Assembly (NCBI RefSeq): GCF_000150275.1
Contig: NW_002060943.1
Coordinates: forward strand, 5,042,008 to 5,106,007
DNA: 64,000 bases
Source: Trichoplax adhaerens
Taxonomy: Eukaryota; Animalia; Placozoa
Direction of reading: 5' to 3'
Shown here: in pieces, positions 45,301-57,982 of the stretch
How the letters are laid out: each line of letters opens with the position of its first letter
How positions within the stretch are numbered: the stretch's first letter is position 1
Notes under the pieces: generated by a model
Told to the model about the DNA's origin: nothing
Seen by the model: the letters and a program-made list of their open reading frames with translations, nothing else
Database searches by the model: none
Made by a program: the position numbers and the translations under genes

Positions 45301-47945
45301 AGTCATTGGAAATAACAAGAAATTTAGTTACTTTAACTCAGCAGGTATTAACTATTGTCATTTTATTCGTACATTACATTTCTAGTTATTTTGTATCTAT
45401 ATTTAAATAATATTTATGTTGTGATTAAGAAAATTTAAAGAGTGAGTCATTGTCAATTTTTTGATACTGTATGATTGTGCATATGTACATTTAACCAGTT
45501 GAGGCATTAAAATTTTATTTAGTGTGATCAGGTTAAAGTTCTAGTCTACTACGATAATCGATAAATCTAATGGAATGATTTTATGCTATATAGTTATTAT
45601 AATTTCTATCTCTTTTCATCAAATTATTTCTTTCCACTTCAATAATTACAATGCAGACAGAAGCAATTGGATCACAAACTCTCGTTGTTTTAAATGAACA
45701 AGGAGGTAATGCTTATTTAATTTATAATTCTTATTAATCAAGGCCGATGTGAATTAAACGTTTACTTTCTGTTATTGATCAGATAAAATAAATTCAGTCT
45801 CATCGATTTTTCTTCGCAAAAACTTAGAATATTAGTAACCCTTTAAAAAAGATTTAAATTTTCTTTCTTTACTGTTATATTTGTAGATAAAGTCCAAGTA
45901 CTTTAAAGTCAGATTTTTAATTGTATCTTATGACGGCATAGTTAGAAAAAATAGAATAAATTTTCTTTGTATAACCTATTAAGTAGCATGGCCTGATGCT
46001 ATACGGTTTAGGATAGACTAATTTCATATTTTCTCCTTTAGTGTACGGTAGGCTTATAATTATTTTTTGGAAATTCTACTTTTAGTAAATATTATGTTTA
46101 AAAGATGCCATCTCAATCATAAAGATATTGTATATCCAATGCACAGTTGCAGAATAATTTATCATACATTATAAGATCAAATATCGATGAATATCAACGA
46201 GTGTTATAAAAACATTATAGAGCAAGATTTATTTTCAGATAGAACACTAGATCTTATCATTTAAATTTTTGTAAAAGCAATTATGAGAAGAGTACTTGTC
46301 TATAATATTCCTTATCGTGTAGGAAAATTAACTCGAATAGAAGGGGGCATGGAAAATATTAACAACAACATGTCTGAAGCTGAAAAAAGTCTAGCTGATG
46401 TCGAAAAATGTTGCGGTATATGTCCCTTACCCTGGAGAAGGTGATAGATAGCATGGTAGATTAATTCTTTAAGATTAGCTATCTCCCACTTCATTAAGTC
46501 AAGTAGAGATTATTACATATTTTTATACTTAGTTATAAAATAAAGCCTAAAATTGAGCATACTTAATGCATGATATCTGTTCATATCTTACGTGATTTAG
46601 GACAGGAACTAATAACTTAAAAAAATATCGATATAGCACAAAAGAAATTTGTGATAAAATTAGCAAGAATCTTCCAGTTACTAAACAACCAGGTGCTGCA
46701 TATTTAAGTAAGCTTTAAAAAAATTTAGAGTTATACTCTTGCTATAAATTTATCCTTTAATATCTTGTAAATGAACTCTTACAGTAATTGGGTATACTGG
46801 GGTTGAAAGATATTCATATTTATGGTTATACGATAATTATGTAATGATGCCATTGGGTTTCTTGCCTTTTTAACGTAATACGGCTTATTAGCCGAAGGTA
46901 TAATTTAATGCCCTAATAAATCTCACGCTGTCTACATTTCCTTCTCTCTATAATGTGCTTTACATTTACGGATTGCAACTTTAATACGGTAGTTAAAATT
47001 GAACTTTAATTCCCTTGTAAATGTTATTTCGCCTATTTTCTCATATTTGTATCATGTCATACCATCATTTCAACTGTAGTTAATATGAAAGTCTAATACT
47101 TTGGTAAATCTTGTGTTTTCTATATACTGCATGCTGTAATCATAACTTTCTTTGAATTCTTTTGCTATAATTTGATTGGTTTCCTTTCAATTTTAGCAAA
47201 TACGAGTGCGATCAGTAAATCCCAAGATAGCGATTATAATCAAAAGTATGTCCTTTGTTGTTTTGACATTACTACAATTGTCTACAGCTGTAGCGATAGA
47301 TCATTTATATTGTAGATGATGTATAGGAACAATTTTAAACTAATTTTTATCTATTGGCGCATATAGTATTTCCAACGACTTCAGAGAAATTAAGATAAAT
47401 GAAGATTTACTGTAAGTAACAGCAAGTTGGATAAGTATTCCTGTTAAGAAAGATTAAAGTCATTATTTTAGAAGTGAATGCGTTTAACAGCTGTAAAAAT
47501 GGCTTCCTAATTTTTCATTATTATTGCTCTATGTTTCTATGATATATCTTCAATAACAATCTTATTAGCCGAGTTGAAGGCCACCTTGATAAATTGTGTA
47601 TACAAGCTCGTACTATGACTGATCAACTAGATACACAAAATGAACAAATTGATCGAATTATTGACCAGGTAATATACTGTAACTAAGCTTCTAATTAATA
47701 ACAACAAAATTTAAGCTTAAGGCTTATAAAAAGTATATCACAGCGCTAGAAGAAAGATGGGGATTAAATTAGTACTGTATAGAAATTTAGAAACGAAACA
47801 GATTCTAAAAATACTGGGATATATAATTTGATCTTGAATATTTTTGCAATTTTTACTTGTCGATCAAATATTATAGGCTGCACAGAACAGTGATCGCATC
47901 GGAAATGCAACCAAAAAGACTATTAAAATTTTACATAAATCTTGA
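42329..47945 (+). CDS. SNAP25: SNAP-25 paralog 3 (divergent), ~213 aa
   Basis: Exons 42329-42406, 45303-45344, 45657-45705, 46323-46440, 46601-46692, 47197-47245, 47367-47411, 47569-47668, 47877-47945; intact frame and identical phases; CCGICPLPW, LNEQGG, QLDTQNEQIDRI. Confidence 0.9.
43318..43512. repeat. Two-copy direct repeat (period ~112 bp) in the first coding intron of SNAP-25 paralog 3
   Basis: AACTTCATGTAGAT.AATTTGATATAT.GATCAACT.ATGATTGA.TGGCATCGAAGC at ~43318 and ~43430. Confidence 0.8.
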
Positions 47946-49071
47946 TGCTTCTAGTGCATTACAATATCTATATCGAAAATATCGCTTGATGTATTGCAAC
48001 AAATTAATCGTTAACGTAATAAAATCAGATTAAGTGCACAGTTTAGAATTGTCGTATTGTATGTGCCATATAATCTGCACTGTTTTTGAATAATTGATAT
48101 GAAATCTGTCGATCAAATTACTGCTATGACTTTTATTCTCCTACGGTTATCGCCTCGTGATATTTACATATCTACACTACTATTCCTTGTGGAAACATAC
48201 GGGATGGCCATGCATAGCTCACTGCTCACGGTCTATAGTAATAACCACGATGTATAAAAATAATGCTTTGTGACTGTATTGCATGCTAATTCTCCGCTTT
48301 TTTATATTAAAGATTTATTGTTTGGCTTTTATGCCATATTGATCATTTGATATCAATATTATCATTGTAGCGCGGTTTAGAGTCAGTAAATTGGTTTATT
48401 TGCGAAAGCCAATAATCATAATTCACCATAGATATTTTAACATCTTATACTTGTTAAAGCGTTTTCCATGACGTAAGATTTAGTTCGTTGGATATTATTA
48501 GGATCTAGAATCACTTTAATATGTACAATTGACACTAAACTGTCATCATCATACATTCGGCAATAATTGGATATGTTCTAAGTGCGTATATGTAAATTGA
48601 ATGGTGATGTATTAGTATTAATGCAAAATAAAATATAGACAAACATTGCATTAAGTCATTACATGGAGTCATTCAAAAATTTTTGTAGGTAATAATTTCA
48701 TTGTTTGACAAGATACAATTAAATAAAAAGAGTAGCTTTCCGCTCTACTTACAAATGGATATCATACAAGATAATTTACATTAGAAATCTTAATATATAT
48801 GGAAAGTACAGTAAATTAGATATTTGCAATCGAAAAGCTTCGAATTGTTAGTCAAATGTGAGCTTATAGTACAACCAGATAGAATGTAAACTTCATACTA
48901 AAGAGTAATTTCGGCTCATATCCGTCATCCAAGTAAGTTGGCTAACAAATTTACTACCAGTTAAAGGGAAATGATGGTAGTATAATGTACAAGTTATTCT
49001 GATGGACTACTAAATCAAACCCAGAGCGGCGATATGACAAATATATTTATACATTAAAAATTGTAATTGTC

Positions 49072-52000
49072 TTAATAGTGTGAACCACTTAATTCATTAA
49101 CTTCGTTCTCATTTAATGTCAAATCTTTCCAGTCAGTTCCGATAACGAAACCGACCTGCCGTCTACGTTTCCTTTGACTTTCTTCCTCAATATCAGCCCA
49201 CTTTACCTAAAGTGAGATCAAGTCGAGTATACCGTATAAGATTTTAAAGAATTTAAGCAATTACCTTACGGTTAAAATATATGACGATCGTACTGTTTTA
49301 CGATCTGTACTGTATGTAAATCGGAATAAACTTTTACCGCTATGCTAGCGTAGTGCAACAGTCATTAAAAGTTTTCTTTTTAACTATTAACTCAATTGAA
49401 CTTAATTTAAAGCTAGGAAAGGTAAGTCTATGATTTAAACCAATCTGATCTTATCATCTCTCCCAATATGGAAAGTCTAAGGAACTTGCCCGTTTCTTTC
49501 CAGTTGACTCGGAGTTACTATCTTCGTAACGCGTTGAATCCTTTTCAGTGAATAAAACGTCGCTATAGTTGCTCTCACTATCTATTTTACGCTTACTATT
49601 TGACGTACTTGATACACCATCAAGGAGGTCTAAATAGATGAGATTACTCTTATTATTTCGTAGGTAAACATATAATCCTGTCTAACAGCTAGTAATAATA
49701 TCTTAACGGATACGTATGCCTTAGGTACTAACCAAGTTCTTTTTTGTCCATTTCTTCCCAACGACATTTCTATTCATGAAGCAATAGATTATTAATACTA
49801 TTTTTACGTATCGACAACACGAGGTAAGGAATGTGCAATAATAAAATTTATGTCAATATACCATGTGTTATAAGTTATAATTCTAATGCAACGCTATAGC
49901 GTACAAAGCTATGAAATTCTAATATGAATAGTATAAGAAGGAGCTACAGTCCACAGAAATAACAGTTGGATCACAAAGTAAAACAACCTTTGAATTGATT
50001 TCTTTCTTTTCTCGCGATACTTCATCGTTACTGATAGCTTCATCATTGCTGCTAGAATCGCCACAATCCATCTCCACCTAGTATTATATGGTTGGTATAG
50101 TAAAGTTTAGTAAAAAGTTAGTAAATAAGTACTGCTTTTTGAACATCAGAAATATAACGTTCCGAAAATCTTTCACCCTGACCTCATTGATAAGGGCTTC
50201 TTGAAGCAACGACCTTACATCTACTCGCTTTATGTGTTCTGGAGTTTCTTCCCAAGAAGACAAAATCTAATTAGAAAAGATAAAGCTAGTTCAGGCTTGG
50301 TTGATAAAATTAGTCACAAAATGAATCTCAATTACGTGTGAGTAATAAAATCAAAAATTGAATAAAGTTATAACGCTAATGACCTCCTCTATTTCATTTT
50401 CAGTTCTTCCATGAGTACTTCTAGTGGCGCATTCATGTGCATCGGCGGTAATTTCAGCAACATAAACCTGCAATAAGGAGATATTGCTATCTTAACATTC
50501 TTATTTAAAATAGTAGTCCAATTTTTTTAAGGGATAGTTATAAACGTTTACAGGACTATTATCCTTAGATTATGTTAAGACGTACCTCAAAGTCCTTCTT
50601 TTTCGCGTGTTGCCACATACTTAAAAATTGGGACGCCTGATTAAGAATACATTACTTGATGAGCATAAAAGCGTAACATTTTTAACAATAGTAATCAATT
50701 GCTATCTTTGATAAAAGCTGCTCAGTACTATTTCAACTTGTCTATAGTATAATTTTTCACACGTATAGAAACGGCTATTATCACTTCAATCATAGAATAG
50801 TTAGAATAGTAAGTTTATCAAAGTCTATTATTAGAAAAATCGTGTAACTTTTGTAAGCCATGGCTACCATTGCACTAATAGTAGATAGATAAAAATGATC
50901 CTTTATCGTTAAGTTATTCAAATTAGAATATTTAGTTAGTCATAAAATATATACCTTATTATGAACATCATCAACCATTATAAATGAGAAGAAGCCTTCA
51001 TCTACAGTTCTACAGAAGGATTTAAATAGACTAGCTCTGTAAACATCTTCCATCTCTTTTTCATAAGCATACTCTGTAGCCTAAGTGTAAAAAATTACAC
51101 ATGCTTTAGTTCAGTAAGGTATTTCGATTGGTAGTGCGACCACAATTGCCAAATAAAATTTGATTTCATTACTTTTGTTTTCGTAACTTTGCCGGTATTT
51201 GGATCTTTAATCGTTTTTTCTACTTCTGTTAAGAAATAATCATCTAAAGATAATATCCTGGGAGGATTTCCCCCATTCGCAATTTCTTTTTCCTGTAGAA
51301 GAGATTTAATAAAAACGTGGTTCAGTTACGTAGATGATAGTACTTAGAGTAATGTTGATTAATATCCTTGTTTGTTAGTGTATATTGGAAATTTACGCTA
51401 CCGTATCAACACTGATTAAGATAGGAATAGTGTCATTTACTCAATCGGTGTATATCATAGTACTATCGTAGTTGTAAATACCCGATAAATCTTTTACAAA
51501 TGTTAGAATTTCAAGCATGTAGTAATAAATTTAATTAATGCTTTATGCCTGTAGTTGCTATCACGTCACCTTAATTAGCTTGGCCAGATGAGTTTTCCCA
51601 CTTCCTGGTAAACCTCGGATAATGATGGCAATCTATAAAAAGATTATGTTAGCGATTTCAAGAAAGAAGTAATGTACTGATATACTATACTACGAAAGAC
51701 GTAATGAATTGATTTACAGCACAGTAACCGTTAGACCAATTTAGAAAATGTTACAAGGAAACGTTAAATGTCAAATATATTCATCGGAATGAATATATTT
51801 TAAATTTTTGGCCATTTTTCCATGCTCCAAGCTTAGCTGGGTATTGTGTACGTATACTATGATGGAATCATATTATTATTATATCGGGCTTTACTATCTA
51901 TCAGTCTTATTTATTCGTTGAACAAAGTCAGGTACTAGCGAAAAATCTTTTCGTTGTATTTTTTTGACAGGGGTAGAAGAAAACCACTTTTACTTGATTA

Positions 52001-53329
52001 ATATCTATTTTTTTACGATCGGAAGATTGTATTTTAAAATTTGTATTATCAAGCGAGAGTTATAATATCTCCTATTTTACAATACATTGTTTTATTTCTA
52101 TCCTAATGTTGGAAATGATACTGCATGTATATCAATATCTTTATGATAATGAAAAAGGAAATTACGATCTACTTGATACGAATGATCATACGAATAATAT
52201 GATGATGATTTATAATATTCTTGTCGACGATATGTTATCATCCTGAGCAATATCGACCTTGAGCTTAAAATGAATGATAATTAATCATTAATGTAGGCAT
52301 GTTGTCCAGTACCTGTGCTGGTCTATTATTTCGAGTTGTTGGCAAGAGAATACTATCGATGGTAACACTATCCGGAGCAGATTGAGATTTCTTTGCATCG
52401 CATCTACCCGTCATAGGCAATGGAATGGACACTTGTGGTGGTGGTAGTGGTGGTGGCAACATTGGTTGTCGTTGAGGTGGTGGCAATGGCGGTTGGTGTG
52501 TTGGTGCTGATGATAGCCAGTCATTTGGTGTAGCTGATGGATAAGCAGAATGAGATGGTGCTGGTGGTCGTACTAGATTGTGACCAATATTGGGCGGTCT
52601 GATATAAGGATGTGGTGATGGTGGAATAGGTTGATGATTAGGTATTATTCTTTCATCAGGGTATTTATTGACATTAAGACTAGATCGAATTGGTGGCTGT
52701 TGTTGTTGAGGGCGCTGATTGATTGGGTAATGTGGATAATCATAGTTGTAATCATCATATTGATGTGAAATTGGGTTCGATTCAGTTCTAGGGTATCTTC
52801 TATTTAATTCATAATCATGAGTATGTACATCATCAATATGAGGAGGCCTGATCATTAAATGATCGTCATGATAGATTATCTCGTCGGTAGGATATCGATG
52901 GCTTGCCTGGTCGTCATGGATGATGGATGGTTGCGGATAATCGTTTAAAGCGTGTGGATCAGGTCTGTTCAAATGAGGTGGTGGTGGTGGTGGTGGTGGT
53001 TGTGGCGGTGGTAATTCAGGCAATGGAGGATTATTATCCTGGTAATAATCTTCTGGCATAAGTGGAGGAGGACGTCGATCCATAAAAGCTGCATCATAAT
53101 CATATCCTAAATCATCTTCTCTTGTAGGATTTGCTGCACGAGAAGGATGTACTGCTGGTGGTGGTGGTGGTGGTAGCGGTGGCCTTGGCAATGGAGCTTC
53201 ACTCATTGGATCATCGCGATAACCATGTGACATTAAAGGAGGTGGACGACCAGTTTCCATCCTATGGCCATTAAAACTTGATTTTGGATTGAATGGGCGA
53301 TGATCCATCGATCGATTCCATTGAGCCAT
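49072..53329 (-). CDS. YLPM1: YLP motif-containing protein 1 (ZAP3) homolog: Pro-rich N-terminus, P-loop nucleoside-kinase-like domain, PP1-docking RVxW; ~648 aa
   Basis: Exons (minus): 53329-52313, 51632-51570, 51292-51173, 51080-50955, 50636-50586, 50467-50384, 50266-50183, 50077-49988, 49769-49733, 49629-49490, 49206-49072. IIRGLPGSGKTHLAKLI, PRILSLDDYF, DVRSLLQE, GKKRVKWADIEE...GFVIGTDW. The last intron is GC-AG. Confidence 0.92.
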
Positions 53330-53449
53330 TTTCAATATTGAAGTTGATGAAAGACGCTTTCCTTCCTTCAGACTTGAGAGCCTTTTGGATTTTTTTTTGC
53401 CTTTTCATCTCAGCTTTGGTGCTGGTATTGTTGCCAGTCTAGGGACGAG

Positions 53450-53642
53450 CTCTTTACAGTACAGTATCTACAGTATTGACTGTAAGTCGATACTGTACAC
53501 ACCACAGTTTCTATCACAATCTACAGTACATAGAGTAAACTGTACAGTACTGTACCGGAGAAACAGACAGCACGTCACGGTACGGTACAGTACAGCACCT
53601 ACAGTACAATATTGTACTGTACGGTGCTGTACTGTACTGTAA
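53450..53642. promoter_or_regulatory. TACAG/CTGTA repeat cluster at the YLPM1 5' end (likely bidirectional promoter)
   Basis: Dense TACAGTAC/GTACTGTA repeats ~120-310 bp upstream of the YLPM1 ATG; function inferred from position. Confidence 0.55.
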
Positions 53643-54426
53643 GCAGTCCATGGCCGCCATGGTAATGTGCATTGGATTAGACAGAAAAGTGTGGGATAAA
53701 TGATTTCAATTTGAAACCTGAAAAAAGTCTTGCATTTAATTAAGATATTAACTTAATCGAGGATTTTTTTCTTACAACCCAAGTGGCTTGCAGTACAGTA
53801 TCTTCGTGTACGTATGATGGACACTAAGCGTACTCTGTGTCAGTATTTGAAATGGAACTACTCTAGCCGCTCAGTATCATTTCAATTTATTTAGCAGGAT
53901 TTAATGAAAACTTCAAGAACTTATTTCACGTCCTTGATTGGTAATCAATTCACTAATACAACTAGTAAAGAGAACTTTTTCTTTTTAGTAATCGTTGATC
54001 GATACGTCTAATATACTGTCCATGCTCCATATATACGTACTATTAAAATAATGTATCATCGTTTCAGCGATTTACGCTGAGTATTGGAGTTATCGGGTTA
54101 TTATGAACGTGGCCATGACTGGACACAGTGTCCAGTTATAGCATGGAATATGATTTGATGATAATAAAACGTTGATGTTGATATACAGTAAGCCTAACTG
54201 TGGATTTTCGTCCACAGCTTTTCTATTGTACAGTACAGTGGGGACTTTAATGCCGCAATATTGAATTTTGACCAGCATGCTGAAATTGAATAATTCCAGG
54301 TCGATTTGCAACCGATATGCTGACATCATTCGGATCATCAATTTGCTCAGAACAGGAGCCCTTTATTATGGTTTTGAAGGTCTGTTACACTTTCTTGTCT
54401 ATCGTAACAATAATTTAATAGTCCAG

Positions 54427-54502
54427 TACCGTGGTCAGCCATTAACTGCCTTTTAAATTAATTACCTACCGTGGGCAGCCATGAACTGCCTTATAAATTA
54501 AT
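54427..54502. repeat. Two-copy ~40-bp tandem repeat
   Basis: TACCGTGG(T/G)CAGCCAT(T/G)AACTGCCTT(T/A)TAAATTAAT twice. Confidence 0.85.
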
Positions 54503-54710
54503 TTGCAGTCTGGAGTCTTGTTCAATGTACAGTACTGTAGTGAACAGTAGAAACGCGTACAGTACTGATCGTCTGATACCATAGTAGACATTGTAAAAGC
54601 GTAACAACAATAACAGCCGAGAAGATTGTTGACCATTCCAATCCATCTAATGGCCTCAAAGCAGTTCTACTAGGCACATCCTACCGTTGAGACGGGAATG
54701 AAGTTGTAAA

Positions 54711-57700
54711 ATGGAGAATTTCATTTCCCCTCATGGGCGCAATCGTCCACAATTAAAAGAAGATAGAAATGATTGCGATCCTAATCCAATATGGGCATTT
54801 TGCACACAGCTAAGCAGTGAAAGCGATCTTGAACCGCTAGATGAAGCATTATTAGATTACATCGAGAACGCTTCTCCGATCGATTCCGATGAGATTGCCG
54901 TAGCTAAAAGCCTTGCTAACTTTCATATCAAGATGGGACAACAAAATTTAGTTTTTTTAGAATCGGATGAAGCTTTCACTGACTCAAATACTCCCAATTT
55001 ACGTTACAATCCATCATTTAAGCGAAATTATTATCGTCGATCAAGTGCTGATTATAATGATACAGCCAATAATCATGCTAATGGCAAGATAATCGCTCAA
55101 TCGGATAAGAGAAGAAACAGTAAAAAAAAATGCCGTGGCCATCATGAACAAGCGACCGATCTTGTCCAACAAAGTGTGAATAAAGATTTTATTGAAGATG
55201 GAGAATTAGCCGATGTTGAAGTAGGCACAATGTCCAAAGCCTTAGTCAATAAGAAAAGACGGAATGATATTCAAGATTGTATGACGGATAGAAATCGTAT
55301 CTCCAATAATAATAATCATACCATTAATAAAGCCATGAAATTAGAGGCGTGTAGTACCTTACATAGGAAAGCTATTCATAAACTTGGTCATCGTTGGGGT
55401 TATGACAGTAAGAGAGCTTTTTGTGAAGAAGATTCACAAATGAGTAGTAGCAATGATAGGCAGATGAAAATGATGCGCAAAACTTTCTCCAAGCAAAGTA
55501 CCAACTCGGCATCCGAAATGGAAATCGATTATAATCATGACAATAATAGTAACATCAACAATTCCAGCGGGGAATGTTCATCAAATAAAGCTAGCTATGC
55601 AGTAGCCAACAGTAAGAACGCTTCCCGATCAGATAAGTTAATTGAACTGCAATTAGAAAACGCTGATTCCAAACACGATGCCTTAATATCGAGAACAAGC
55701 GATACGTACATGTCGTCCTCGAGTGATAGCGATATTATTACTTCGGATGGTGACATTAGTTATTACGAAACTGGCGTAGAAGGTGATGATGAGCAAAGCT
55801 GTTGCGAGGCTGCCTTCGTTAAGTGGTGGCAAGATGATCATGCCGATTTAAGAGATATGCGTCTTCTAGCAAATGGTAACAAATTTCGAGAAATGAAGCC
55901 AGGTACCAATTGTAGAAATATACCAAGACTATCACCAAAGATACTCTAGTACTACGATACGCCATTGTACGCGTGGCATATTGATGATTTGGAGAGGAGA
56001 AAATCTTGAAAGAATTATGTGCTGTTAAATACTATTGAAAAACACTATGCATGCATGATATAAATATCCAATAAGAAGATAGATGCTTAAGCTATTGGGA
56101 ATGTATTCCTTCATTGAACACCGAATTCTTTCTCTTCTATTATAGGAAGTTTCGCTGCCAGATTATCGTTCAGTCGGCATTTGGTAAGAAAATAAGTTTA
56201 CTAGGTTACACTGAAAAACTCTATACTTTTAATAATAAAAAAATTGATAAAAAAATATCTTCATCCAACACTAAATACTCAAGCATTACCCATCAACTTC
56301 CGTTGACGTATGCGTAGCTGATGTACTACTGCCTGCTACTACTCATACTTTGTTTTTGTCACTTTCATAGTTACAGCAGTTTCTACGATATCATCAAAAG
56401 TAGATAGAAAATAGTTATTTGCTAAACTACAAAATGTTAATTCTAAAAATCATAGATCTGTCTAGACTACTGTAATTAAAATATATGATGAGATTTCTTG
56501 TTTAAATCTTTTTACGTAAATTGATAATAGATGAAGGTTAGAGGTAGCCATGGTGGCAAACGCCGTAAGAAATCATTTTCGAAACCCAGGAATAAAGTTA
56601 GAATCTAGATCAGCCTTAAAAATGATATTTTTGATAAATGAAAAATTTTTTCTCTATTATAATAATAAGAGCGTTTCTTTAAAATTACATTAATTTTACT
56701 TAATCTTAATCTTCTTAATATCAATGATACATAGAACTGTGAATCCCTTTTAGAGTCAATTAATGAAAAAATTAAACGATTTATTATCGATAATAGCTCG
56801 GAAAGGTACCTTCTATTTCAGCAGAACTTTCTTAACTTAACTATATCATTATTAATATTATCCAGTAGGTACTTATATTGTTAAGATTCAGTCTATGGCA
56901 AACACCCGCATTATACTAAAATACAGCAACGATACAGTAGATCTAATTTATTATGTAGATTAATGGACATATTATTACATTAATTAACAGGTTATGGATA
57001 GAAAATTTGAAAAGAAAGGAGAGAAATTGGGTATATTATTGGATAGAATCGTATTGTAGAATACTTTTTTATTTATTAATTAATTTCTATATAAGAAATA
57101 GAAAATGCCATTAAATACAAGTCTAAGCACTTTTTTATAATTTTTTATACCTTGAACAGATAAATCAGTTAGCCTCATTATACCATTTGGAATACTTCAC
57201 TGTCAAAGATAGCAAAAAAAGCTGCTCGGTATTAAGTAAAACAAGGTAATTTATATTTCGTTATTTCTATAGCATATCGTAATTTTTCAATTTCTAATGT
57301 TTCTTTTTATGATAAGTACAGTACTACTGATTTGCTTAATCGTTTACGTCTTTGTAAATAAATAATTCAGTAACGATGATCGTATTTTTCGCTCGTATTA
57401 GTCGTACCTGCCAACCAGAAAAAGTTGCCATTGACTCTGTTATATATCCATCCGTTTATAAAAGGTAAGCATCTAAATCCCTTTCATTATGCAATTGTGC
57501 TTTATGGATAGTTCGATGTGCGCAGACGGTGACGTATTACTTTTAACCTGCCAACATGAACATTAAATTTTATTTCCTTTCGCAATGAATATACTCCTAT
57601 AATAGATGTAAAGACAACGGTATACCCGACGGTAAAAAAATTGCAGGGCATTCATCAATTGCTGGAGCTTGTCGTAAGTTGACTTCTCAATAGATTCTCG

Positions 57701-57982
57701 AATAATTTTCGAGGAAGAAATTTTAATGACTTTTATAAAGTACCTATTTAATTTTCGATTAAAATCATAAATGTTGGTAACATTTCTATTTTTTACTTAG
57801 TAGTCAACGTCGATGAAATTGCGCCTAGTCCAATATCGTCCACAAATGTCGGTAACAGAATGTTACGAGAAATGGGCTGGACACCAGGTACATGCTTAGG
57901 AACGAAAGACTCCGGGATTATAGAACCAATAAAAATTTCTGTTAAAAATGATAAAAAGGGTATTGGATTTACTCGTACGTAA
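54711..57982 (+). CDS. GPATCH2: G-patch domain-containing protein 2 (GPATCH2/GPATCH2L family), ~601 aa
   Basis: Exons 54711-55902, 56146-56183, 56531-56596, 56735-56805, 56991-57030, 57160-57245, 57402-57464, 57606-57673, 57801-57982. SSSDSD...EGDDEQS...WW and GSFAARL resemble GPATCH2 motifs; C-terminal G-patch NVGNRMLREMGWTPGTCLG...GIIEPI...KKGIGF. Confidence 0.82.

Noticed and set aside
30970-46494. Minus-strand ORFs at 30970, 37392, 37611 and 46312
   Set aside because: Antisense shadows of SNAP-25 exons.
42329-47945. SNAP-25 copy 3 as a pseudogene
   Set aside because: All nine exons keep the frame, splice sites and zero-layer Gln, with no premature stop codons.
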